A DNA stretch of 64,000 nucleotides from Lingula anatina (Eukaryota; Animalia; Brachiopoda), in assembly GCA_051362555.1 (NCBI GenBank), contig CM120647.1, forward strand, positions 2,418,001 through 2,482,000, written 5' to 3'. Shown piece after piece: positions 14,101 to 26,212 of the stretch (position 1 is its first letter; the number at the start of each line of letters is the position of its first letter). A program made the translations under genes and the position numbers. The notes under the pieces were generated by a model. That model was given only the letters and a program-made list of their open reading frames with translations. It searched no databases and was not told the origin of the DNA.

Positions 14101-15086
14101 ATTACAATCAACCACAATTCTGAATAAATATCAATATACAAGCCTGTTGATCTCGCAGATCAACTACATTAATTAGACTGCTAAACAACGAGTAGGCCTA
14201 CCCCCCCCCCCCCCCCCCCCCCCCCCTCAGAACGCCTTATTAACAGGTTCCCAAATGCAGACTATGCTGCAGATAATACTTTCGGGTCAAATGAGAGCCA
14301 GCCAAGGGCACATTTCGGGGACACCATTGATCACATCATGATGGACATTCACAGGTGTAGGACCAGAACAGAGCATCTCGGAAACCAAGAGACAGACGTA
14401 AATCATTACACTTGCGCGTCTTTCCTCATGGAAAAATTTAGTCTTTTCAGAGTGTGACGCGACTTGATCAAGATAATTGTAGAGCACAATTATATACGTG
14501 ACCTTCTCTGCTTTTTTTTATTATCTATTTATTTATCTTTAATAATTGATTCCTATTTGTTTATTTATCCATCTTATAATCCAGTAACCTAAATTATGTT
14601 TTCATAGCCTGGTTTACCTGATCCATTAGTTTTATGCTTCAAGCGGATCTGGGAAGGGAGGGCCCAGGGGGTCTGGACCCCCTTTTCTTCAGCGCTAACC
14701 ATAATCTCCCATAATGTACTGACTTTAGAAATACTGGATCCTCACCTACATAAGCCTGTGTATTTTAAAATTACTCAAAACATGAAAGAAACCCTATTCA
14801 GAAACCACTAAAGAAACCCTATTCAGTCATACAAGTGAATTAAAACGTACAGTTTATCTATTTTGGATAATATTTACAGTACAAAAACATTATATTTCAA
14901 AAACGTTCTCTCTCATAGCGTTGGGCCAACAACAGGTACTTTTTCACCATTATCCCATGAAGTCGCAGGCAATATCTTATGTGGAGATGAAGTCGCAATT
15001 TATCCTATGAAGTCGATTTGACAGTAAAATCAGAGCATTTATCCCATGAAGTGGTAATATACCATGAAGTATCTTAACAGACGTCT
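11155..15086. mobile_element. Nested ~3.9-kb TIR element with internal foldback arrays
   Basis: AGACGTCTGTTAAGATACTTCATGGTATATTACCACTTCAT from 11155 matches the reverse complement ending at 15086; subterminal ACTTCAT/ATGAAGT repeats; inner inverted arrays at ~12520-13000 vs 13590-14100 and 13114-13458. Confidence 0.7.
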
Positions 15087-15854
15087 CCTATATTTATAAT
15101 CATGAACAGTGCTGACACAATATGAAAAATGCACAGGACATTTTTATCTGTGATCAGGAATGTGTTGTTAATGTTTTGTAGGAAGCATAATCTACTATAC
15201 CATTTTTTATCAGAATGTCATATGTGTAAATTGTCTGTATTATCTGGGGCAGCTGATTGAGGCAATCTTCTGGGTCTTCCGGAAGACGGTCAGATTTACA
15301 AGTTTACATTGACGGGTATCTAAGTTTTTTTTCTGTCAGAAGACGTTAAAAATGGAGGATGGATGCAAAGATAATTTGGAAGACTGTCAGAAAATATATC
15401 TTGATCTGCAGACAGGGGTATTTTGGATATTATTTGAATCCTATAACTTATTCATTTGCTTGTACATGTAGCAGTACATGTATTACAGGATTTTGATGGA
15501 CATTTCAACTGTATAATATGGATAAAGTGTCAGACAGCAGTCTAAGTTGCAATGGATGGATTTAATTAGTTTATGTCAATTTAAAATTCTATGCTGTATC
15601 TCTTTGTGATAACAGCAACCTCTGTATGGCCACGTGGAAATTTGTCAGCTTTGCAGTCAAATTCATCTTAGTGATTACTTTCAAATTACCCGACAATTAA
15701 AGTCATAAAGAGAACGGGGTGCGTCGCTTTGGATTGGTATGCCATTGATATTGGGCATGGAGATATCACCATTTTATAATTATACGAAATGCTGGCGGTA
15801 GCCAGTGATCATCGCCTGGGAAATTTCTGTGACATTCTGTCCAAAGCAGCACAG

Positions 15855-15890
<36 letters not shown>

Positions 15891-17296
15891 TAGCGAAAAA
15901 AAGGGTGTTGAGGTATTTGGTGGGCTGAAGGTCGGACTGGCCACCCGACAGTTTGGCTGCTTGGTATGAGTCAAAGTAGACAAAATGGCATCGACCAAAA
16001 TGACCTTTAATAGATTTGGTAGTATTTAGCATATATCTTTGCACCATTTTTTAAACATTTCTGTGAAGTGTTCATAATGCTTTGATATTCTGAGAATACA
16101 AATTAAAACACTGTTTGATTGCTATACCAACAAAATGCATGAAATAACCTTAAATAGATTTTGTAATATGCAGCATATCTAATTATGACTTTATTTTACC
16201 TTTCTACATTTTGAGAGCATGGATAAAGACATATTGTTAGTTTGATATGTGCTTCTGTGGTGAATTTGTGTTTCCAGCTGTGTACTGACAGCATTGCTTT
16301 ACTTAAGCAGTATTTTTTCTTGGACTGTTTTTTTTTCACCCTCTGGCACTGAATTCGGGGTCCCCAGAGGATGTCATCCATAAAAATAAAAAAGTGTGGC
16401 CTTACTAAAAATGTGCAAATTAAATTGGGCATAAATTTGGGTCTAAAGTCCAATATAAGTCTTGTTTGTTTGTTAAAACAGCTGCGTAACAATCTGAACA
16501 ACATAGCCCAATGCACGCTTAATACATATTTGTTTCTTTTTTTTTTAAATTAACAATTACATGTTTTCATCATACAAAGATTCATAAACTGAGAACCCCC
16601 GAAAGGTGTGTAAATGTTGTGTGCTGACATCAAACTTGGATCTCACTGAATGTGTCTCATATGTAACGGTTATTTATCACCATATTTTAAAGATGTAGAC
16701 AAACTTATCACAAAAGTACTTATCACAAAAGTACTGCAGAAGTAATAAGTTTTCTGTATATATATGTATACTTGATAAATCGTGTCACTCTCACAATTTT
16801 TTGAAAACTTGGAAATTTGCCAGAATCAAACGACTTCATTTTCAAGATGGCAGAAATGACCACATCCACTGTGTTCTTCATTGGTGTATTTTTTAAATAT
16901 ATTTACAGCCTTTAAAGCTACTGTTTTACCTACTTGTAGTCCCTCATGTTGCTAGTAAACTATCCTACCATAAACATATCAGACGAAAGTCACTTTTTAA
17001 AAGAATATTTTGAACAGTACCTTCCTGCTCGCTGATAAAAAAACCCCACGACCAACTTCAAAATAGCGTTTCAACAGCTTTCTGCATGATAAAAAAAGGG
17101 AACTTCACCTTACTCATGAGCTGATCCTCTTCATTCGTCTAATGCAGCAATACAAATAACAGTACACTGACAGTGTACAAATTCCTGAAAAAGATGTACA
17201 TGTACGTGCACACGAAACATCCGTGATCACAGTATTCTGTGATTGGCTATTGCTCGTCTCTGTTAAATTACGTGGCCTTAACACATGTACACTTAC

Positions 17297-17522
17297 ACCC
17301 CATTTCCATAGATTTTTAGATCGATCTATCCCTGTTGGGAGTCTCACTAGATTACTGTCAGCTTGGCAGGCTTAAGCGTCTGTCCCGCCCACTAAAATCT
17401 GTAAGGGGGTAATTAACTATGGTGCCCGCTCGGCTGACTGCAATTTAGCATGAACCCCCAGGGAGTTATGTCGATCTAAATCTTAATCTTTAGATCGATC
17501 TAAATCTCTGGGAAAGCACCCT
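17297..17522. mobile_element. MITE with a second, inverted copy at ~46862-47078
   Basis: Imperfect TIRs containing TAGATCGATCTA; the ~220-bp body recurs as the reverse complement at ~46862-47078. Confidence 0.7.
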
Positions 17523-18539
17523 TAGAGTTCTTTTGTTTTCAGCTCTCTATTAATAAGGACCAATGATATTGCTTGAAATTGTCACCCCCCCACCCGTTTC
17601 CATTCCCTCTGATATAATTCTCTGGTTGGAACAAGGGGTCCATGTACAACCCCTTGATAAGCAATGTAAACAAATTTTCTTAATCCATCATTTGTAGGTT
17701 TTCCCAGAACAAATCAATGTTCCATGGAGGTTTATTTTAATGTTATGTCACACATTGTGCCTTAAATTGGAGCATGTAAAAATTGGGGTAGCAGAAGGAA
17801 ATTATTCAAATTTGGCATTTTGAGAAGATGCAACAGTAATTATATAGCTCAAGGGTTACTCTACACATATGTCTAATGGAATTCATAAAATATTGAGTCA
17901 TGTCTTAGCACAATGAGGTAAAAGGTCATATGAAATGCATTTAATGCATTATGAAATGCATTTATTTAAATAAATTGAACCTCCTCATAGAATATGTTTT
18001 TTCGGGTATGTTTAATACATTTTGCCTGCATTTTAATAATTAATGAGATTTGGGAATTAATTTGATAGTAGGTGACACCATGGCTAATACAAGTACTAAA
18101 GAGCAGGTTAAGTTCAAACAATAGAAAATGGGATGGGGAAAGGAAATCGCTTAAAAAAGGGAGTCTAAGTAAGACATAAGTAGGGTTTATATATATCATT
18201 CTGTGGCTGAAGGGTTACTCTACATATATAAGTTATTAAATAAATGCTATTTAAGATTGAATTACATTGATATAGATAACGGTGAAGTACCAAATTAGTT
18301 CAAATTTGGGGCATTTTCAGGGAATTGTACTAATATATATGTATAAATGATTGGTAATTGACTTTTTGCCTGAAGTGGTATGTACGAACAAATTGTGCTA
18401 ACTGAATTCACAAGCAAGTTGCTAAAAATGTTTTAAAATAGCAAAGTGAAGGCAAAATAATTCACCGTTTTATTAAAAATATTTTCAAACTACTATGATT
18501 ACTTGAAAATATTTATGTGTGAAATTTGATAAATTTTTT

Positions 18540-18710
18540 TGCAATAGATCTTGGTAAAGTGAAGCTGCAAGAGTACTGAGGCTGCAGTATTTGGTCTTGG
18601 GGTCAGTCTCAACATGATTGTGACGGTGTCCACAAATTTCATCTTATTGTGCTAGTGGAGACATTGATGAAAGATGGTAGTCTGGTTGGAACAAGGGGTT
18701 CACGCACAAC
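18540..18710 (-). pseudogene. Terminal-exon-like cassette, copy D (premature stop)
   Basis: Full-length homolog in which the Tyr codon of YDEI has changed from TAT to TAA. Confidence 0.45.
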
Positions 18711-21700
18711 CTCTTGATAAGCAACGTGATGTTGAATTTTTTTTAATCCATCATGTTTAATTTTTTGTAGGTTTTCCCAGAACAAATCCATGTTCCATGG
18801 TGGTTTATTTTAATGTTATGTCACAAAATTGGAACATTTAAAATGAGGATTGGGGAAGGAAATATTTTTCATGATATGAAATTCAAAGGAGATGCTACAA
18901 TTATCTATACACCATTGTGTTGCTAAATTGTCACTCTACATATATTTTTGTATTATAAGTTATTTTACCTTGAATCATGTCTTAGTAGAATGGGATCAAA
19001 GATCCCAGAAGATCAAATTAGATGCATTATCAAGAAAAGAAACTAATAAAATGCATATATCAAAATAATTGGAACCTAAAGTATGCTGTTACAGTATGTG
19101 AATGGTACATTTTGTCTGCATTTTAAGGATTTAATGTTATATGTGTATTAATTTGATAGTAGGTGAGACCATGACTAATGCAATTACTAAGGCGTTGAAT
19201 TTAAATAACAAAAAAAGGGGAAAGGAAATTGCGCAATGTAGGAAATCTAAGTAAGATATAAGTACAATTTATATATATTCATACATGTATCATTCTGTGG
19301 CTGAAGGGTTACTCTACATATATAAATTATGAATGCTATTTAAGAGTGTATCACATCGAGGTTAATTTGGGTGAAGTAACAAATGAGTTCAAATTTAGGG
19401 CATTTTCAGGAAAATAAACTAATAAATTTATTTATTAAGATAATTTAAACCTAGAATAGGGTAACCTTAAGGCATATATTCTATATTTCAGTGATTAAAT
19501 GGGGTTTTGGAGTTTTTTAACAGTAGGCAAAATCTGTGACTGAAACAAATTTAATACTGCAGAGTTGCTCAGTGCAATTGTAAAAAAATTGGGGGGGGGG
19601 GGATCACTCATAGAGTAGAAAATTTAAGTAATATATAACTTTGACTTATATATCTTTGTGTATAGCTGTAAGGGTTCCTCTAAACAAATCAATAAAAATG
19701 TCATGTTAATTGAATTATGTATAAGTAAAATAGGATCAGTAGTCATACTTGGTCAATTTTGAGATATTTTTAGGGAAATGAACCACTCAAGATTATTATT
19801 TATTATAGAGAACTTGAGTCTAGAAATTTCTTTTGTAGAAATATGTTTGGTAAAGTCAGTTTGAATTAAAAGGAAAGGAAACTTTTATGGAGCATCTATT
19901 TTTATGTACAGACAAAGATGGGCATATAATGAACACTGATAACACATTTCAAGGAAGATTAATGGGCCTATATTGTCTTGAAACTCATAGAAATGATAAA
20001 AAAATCAGCTTGATCAGAAATATTTGCAAAAGTTATGATATATTTTTTTTTTTTTACTTTTTTCAGCATATTTTATCCACCATTATACAGTTAACTTGAA
20101 AAGCATGTCATATTTTGCTTTAAAACTTGTGGAACTATGATTCATAGGACTAATAAAGAGATCAAGTGGAAAAATAAGCTTGATGGGTTCAGTTAATATG
20201 ATGAAGTGACTTTTTTGTATGTAAATAAGGGGTTTACCTCAGATTCAATTCTTAGGCATATGTTAATATAGTCTTATTATTGAACTAATTAGATACGTAA
20301 AAGTGTTCTTTTGATATTTTCTGTTTTTTTACAATATTCTTAGTTGATTATCTGAAAATGATGGTAAACCCATTATTGTGTAATAAAGTGTCAGTAATGG
20401 AAATAAATAAGAGGGTAAAATGAACTTACTGTAGTGATACTTACCATATTTGACCTGGATACTGCATCACCGACTAGTGACGTAATAGGCTCCACATGAG
20501 AGATGCGCATGCAGCTCAGCGTCATTCATTGCGCCGTTTCTCAGCAAAGCAGATGTGGATTTATAAGCTGCATGAAATTAATATTTCTGCAGTGTTTTGA
20601 GCTTTTTGAGTGCTTAACTATGTCACAGCATCATATTTCAAAGTAGTTGTAGTATGGACCACAGAGTGACAGATCAATGGTTCACGGGAAGGGAAATATC
20701 CCAGGGTGGGATGTGAAACCTATTCTGTCACCGACGATGATGTGGAATCCAGGTCAAATATCACTCACCTACAGTAAGTTCATTTAACCCTCTAATTCCA
20801 CATAACTGTTTAGTGACATAACAGGCTCCACATGAGACATTCAAAGTGTGGTCCAGACACAACACCTTACAATTTTTTGAAACCAGCAAATAAAGGCACA
20901 AACACTGTGTTTAAATCAACATGTATTAACTGCAAAGAACAATTGATAAACTTGTTTATCAAACAACTTGTAACAGCATATTTGATGCAAAATAGAAATT
21001 CATCTGCACAATTTGCAGGAAACAACTCTAACTGCACAAGTTGCAGTTATAAACAGGATATTTAAATGCTCAAAAGAATTCCTTCTGCACAATTTGCAGG
21101 TAACAACTGTAACTGCACAAGTTGCAGTTTAAAAAGTAAAATCAAATAAACAGTTCATAAAACAGTTCCCTGTAAATCTGAATGTCCATGTCAGACACCA
21201 GAGACAGACAAAATTGCATCTGCAAACTGGCCGTGTTGAGTTATTTTTTATCCTAATATCTAGCAAATGTGCAATCTTTAGACCAGCCAGCCATCTTCAA
21301 AATAGTGTCTAATGGCACTTTAGCACGTTTTGTTTGTGAAGATGTGTGGAGTAAATACATGTATCTCCATGTCTATACCAGCCATATTCATAATTTGCTT
21401 AATCCATCTAGATATGGTAGATTTGACTGCTTTCTTAAATGGCTTTACTATGGTGGCCCCTATTGGATATTTCGACTTTTCGACTTTTAGAGTTTTCGAC
21501 TTTTAGAGTTTGCGACTTTTAGAGTTTTCGACTTTTAGAGTTTGCGACTTTTAGAGTTTTCGACTTTTTGACTTTTCGAGTTTTTGACTTTTCGAGTTTT
21601 CGACTTTTTTACCAGTCATATGGCAACTGGCTGCGCGTAGGAAGATATTCAGAACGGAGCGCGTGCTCTGAGATGACGTCGAGGTCGAAATTTGTAAATT

Positions 21701-22928
21701 GCGTAACCTTCGCGGAAGTTCAAGAATTGCACTTTATTCCCTTCATAAGTACCTGGTGAAAATTAAGACATGGTAGCAGAGTTTATTATGTGTATTATCG
21801 TGTGTGATTTACCTAGAAGTAAGAAGCAATGAATGAGGTAGATCTCGACGAAGTCCGCCAACTGGTCACTTTTTGGCCATAGCAACACTAACATTTTTAG
21901 ATATCTCATGTCACAGAAACTGAATAAGTTTATTCACGTCAATGGAAGGTGGCTTTTTGCATGAGAAAATTGACTATCAAGTTTCATTAAAATCTAACCT
22001 AGCAACTGCAGTCGGAAACTGGCATCGTGATACTAGCCGTCAGATGTCAGTGTTATTTGTTTATCAAGACAAGAGCAACTGATAGTTAAAATGTACTTCT
22101 TGTTTTGAGAATACATATGGAAGATAAGAAACATATACGATGTTTGTATAAAAAATAATAATAATGAAAAATGAAAAAAAAAACTCCGATATTACTTATC
22201 ATTATTACTTATTAATTACTTATAACTTATTTTGTCTTATGTCAACTTTTTAACAATTATGGCAAGTGTATTTTTATTTAAGAAAATCTATGCCAATTGG
22301 TATTTGCCTCAGTGAGACTTGTATGGAGTGACAAATGAAAGAAAAAACAACTATGCACATGTATATATATATATATATGTGTGGTAATTTATTAGCAACA
22401 AAATGGGCATTTAGACCATTATGCCCATAAAACAAAATAATTTATTGCACATTTCAGGCATGCAACCACTTCTTAAATGCTTGTACCAATTTCAACATTT
22501 AATTTAAATTTAAAATTTTTAAAAATCATATCATAATAGTAGCTTCTAGCAGATGTATCTTAAATCAAGTTTTTCTAGTTAAAATTTATCTGTCTAGACG
22601 GGAGTGTACCCCTCAGCTAAATACTATTTTAATTCTACAGTAACATTACAATAACCTTGATGTTCTCAGCAGATGAGATACTAGTATTAAATAATTTTTA
22701 ATCAGTTGAATTTAAATTGCACTGATGTCACTTTCCATCTTTATTTAAATCAGGCATTATCTTTGGCAATAAAAAAGCAAAAAATCCACGCTGCCACCAG
22801 ACAATGGCAACACACTAATATATGGAGACATAATTTTAGCATATAAAATACCCCAAGCAAAATATATAATTGTACAGTAACATCTAGGCACATGAGACAT
22901 TCAACCATTTGAAATTAAACAACAGATA

Positions 22929-22975
<47 letters not shown>

Positions 22976-23554
22976 ATAAAATGTCCATCTCTTGTCTCTT
23001 CTTAACAGCAAACAGTATGCATTCCTTGTATGTCCTTTTGATCAGTATGTGGCCCTTGCAATACTGTTATCTGAAAAATGAAACAAAGCTAATTTTAAAA
23101 ATTATTTCACACAAATTCATATTTGAATGTTTCAAAGGTTATATATTCCAAAGCAACTTTCCTCATTAAAATTACTTTCTTAATCATCCACCTTTACATA
23201 TATGCAATTTCTGTACTACGGACTGTATTTCATACCTTGGCTGTCAGACCATAGCAGAATCCATAGTTTATACAAGGTATGTGGGCAGTCAGCTGGTAAG
23301 GTGTGGTTAGGTTAAGACTTAAGAGTTTTATAAAAGTTGTTGAAGACCTCTCACTTCCTGTCTCTTTTTTCATTTACTGAAAAATATAAATAGCATATTA
23401 GTAATCTGTCTTATCTAAATAAAATTCAACCGATTAAACACCTGTAATAATAAAATCTTTATTTTACTCAGACAATTAAGAAAGTTCTATAAATAGTGTG
23501 TAACTCTACCCTTGACAAATCATAGCATTCATTGAAAAATTGAGAAGTTTAGAT

Positions 23555-24120
23555 CATGGTGAAAAGTAAACCAAAGGTCAACTTCAAGGTCTCAGTGAGA
23601 TTGCCAGAATATGACCTCCTATACAAGTTCAATAGCTATGCACCAATCTCTGTAAGTTTTGGAGATAAAACGGAATGAAAATTTGCAAAGATCAGTTCAT
23701 GGTGAAAAGTAAGTCAAAGGTCAATTTTAAGGTCACAGTTAAATTGCCTCGCATGACTTCCTAGTCAAATTCAATAGTAACTATGGGTGTATCTTTGCCA
23801 GTGTTGAAAGTATAAGCATTAAAAAAGTTGCAAAGTTCAGTTTATGGTGAAAAGTAGGTCAAAGGTCAATTTTAGGGTCACAGATTGCCAGTATATGACT
23901 TCCTATTCAAGTTCAATAGTAACTATGGGCATTTCTTTGCCAGTTTTGGAGATATAAAGGACTTAAATGTTGCAAAGTTAAGTTCGCGGTGAAAAGAAGG
24001 TCAAAGGTCAATTTCAAGGTCACAGTCAAATTGCCAGCATATGACTTCCTATTCAACTTCAATAGTAACTATGGATCTATCTCTGCCAGTTTTGGAGATA
24101 TAAGGGACTAAATGTTACAA
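23555..24120. repeat. ~143-bp tandem array (4 diverged units), possibly the core of a Helentron-associated non-autonomous element
   Basis: Units begin GGTGAAAAG..CAAAGGTCAA at ~23558, 23701, 23846 and 23987 and share TGAC(C/T)TCCTA and TTCAATAG. Confidence 0.7.
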
Positions 24121-25661
24121 TTTTGGAGTTACAATAATGTGCCATAAATTTCCAACAAAAAAAATTAATTGAAATAAAGAAAAGGTCATTTTGGTTGAAA
24201 TTCTTGAAATGGGAGGTGCTCAGAAGTTCTAGATGTTCAAATTTCATGAAATAATGGCATTTTTGATCCAAAGTTGTCTGCCTTGCCAAGCCTTATATTT
24301 TATTTTCCAGGTCAAATCCAAGGGCATATTTGAAATCTCCACATATAATTGACTTTCGGTCAGCCGTCTGTAGAAATTTTTCTCATAATTCCTTCGATAT
24401 GGTAGATAATTAGCATTTCATTTTGCCATTTTTGGACAAGGGTGCACTGCAATGAGCACCACACCTAGACCCCAGCACCGACAAAGCCCAAATTTAACGT
24501 GGAACGAATTGAGATTATAGGTGACCTAAATCCAAGAGATGGGTATGCAGGCCCTTGTAGTCTAGGAGGAGAAGTGGTAACGGTAACATGGTGGTAGAGA
24601 GGGCGGAATGATCCGGACGGGACTAAAACCATGTGTACCGCCAGCGCCTACGCTGGTGGTACAATAACAAAGCTGAGTGCAAAAAAAAAAAAACGTTTTC
24701 TGTACCTTTTTACAGATAGACCATACTTTTTCTTCAGTTGGGACCACATACCACGATAACCAAGACATCTGCCAGTTCCTTCAAGTTCTTCCTGCAAAGG
24801 TTTTACATCAAAACAGCCTCAGAAAATGAAAATCCATTTTCACGTTTAGTGACAGTACATGAAAAACAAGCATTTAAACCTCATTTTCACAAGATTCTAC
24901 ATAATAAACCACATTCTCAAATTAAAAAAAAATAGATTACAATAAAGACAATGATTACAAACAGTCTAATTCTTACATAAAACCCATTATAATTAAAATA
25001 ATCAATAGTAAAATAGTAATAAATAATATTATAGAATAGTAAATTGTAAAGTGCATCTTCTATAATTATCCAAGCTTATAAACTACATTATTTGCAACAA
25101 GGCATGTAAGGCAACTGAAAATGTTGCTTAAAACATGAGTTACTAATTTAATAAACCCTATCTTCACTGTAGTGGAGTAAGAGTTACCCCCTGATACTGA
25201 TTTAACAAAAAATAATTTAAATTTTGGATTTGGTAAACATAATAATATTAACAGAGTGTTCATTGGGCTCAACGACTGGTATATTGCACTGTTTGTCAAT
25301 TCATTTCAGAAGCCGAGATCATAAGCTGGACATCCAATTTTTGCATAGAAAAAAAAACAGGCATTCCTCAGTGTAACATGCTATAAAGACTAAAATGAGC
25401 AAAAAAATAATCATTCAAAGACACCCTGGTGCATAGCACGAAATTCATGCACTACATGTAGCACTCCTATTGACAATTCAGATATAGGCAAAGCATATCA
25501 GAATCACCAGTAAGAAGTGCTTGTACATGAATTTTGCACTACCTGGTGCAAAATGAGAATAAAGGCCAAAACTTGCAGAAGTTTTCAAATTTAACTACAT
25601 GTATGAGTTAGCAGGATATTTAACATTTTACAATCATATAGTTTCTCTTTAGAAGACTCAC

Positions 25662-26212
25662 TCTCATTGCATGAATCACTTCAGGTAAATCCTCTTCAAT
25701 TGATTTTCTTCTTAAGTTCAATTTGACAAGACGTTTCCTCAAGTAGGATTCACTAAGTATGAAATGAGAAAATATGTATATATACATTGTACAACAATCT
25801 AAATAAATACAAAACATGCAAATATATCTTTAACATAAAATGTTTAAATATGCAAGAATGCAAAAGCTTGATGAAGGGGGGGGGGGAGAGAGAAAGAAGG
25901 GAGCAAAGATGACATCTTTTTTCAATATAAAATACAAATAAATAAATGTGCAAAGCCCTCGAGGCTTAATTAAGCACTGAAAACTGGTATTACATAAGAC
26001 TACATCCGGATACTCCCCCGCACCGACGTGACCCCTTGCATAATCAGTTACAATAATTAAGTTTGATGAGTGAGGATACTAACCTTTCCAGTACCATATC
26101 ATAGGGAAAGTTACACTCACCTTACATAGGTGCCATGGGCAAGTGACAAAGTTTTAGCAATCTCAGTTGCTGTGTATCCTGCTTGGAAATAATAACTAAT
26201 AAGATTTTCCAT
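25662..26212 (-). pseudogene. First two exons of an IS3EU-like transposase (26212-26121, 25752-25662)
   Basis: MENLISYYFQAGYTATEIAKTLSLAHGTYV-S-ESYLRKRLVKLNLRRKSIEEDLPEVIHAMR with GTGAGT donors and a compatible phase-2 junction; helix-turn-helix/Clr5-like pattern. Catalytic exons were not found. Confidence 0.6.

Larger units (their letters stand above)
10377..17620. mobile_element. ~7.2-kb TIR-bounded insertion (non-autonomous DNA transposon, superfamily unassigned) with nested elements
   Basis: Left end GAAATTATATCAGAGTGGAAACGGGTGG; right end reverse complement GAATTATATCAGAGGGAATGGAAACGGGTGG; flanked by 13-bp direct repeat TCTGGTTGGAACA; host repeat unit is colinear across it. Confidence 0.65.

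Noticed and set aside
21470-21610. Short regular repeats resembling a CRISPR-like array
   Set aside because: 8-mer tandem units with no unique spacers; mirrored at 26270-26360 as transposon subterminal repeats.
22909-23169. Poly-Lys ORFs (also 13633, 15766, 15780)
   Set aside because: Translations of poly-A/T tracts.
23555-24120. 143-bp array as a repeat-spacer system
   Set aside because: Whole units are homologous, so there are no unique spacers; ordinary internal tandem repeat.
24308-24365. QIQG-like motif suggesting a YqaJ nuclease exon within the IS3EU-like element
   Set aside because: Too short, and immediately followed by stops; cannot be supported without a profile search.
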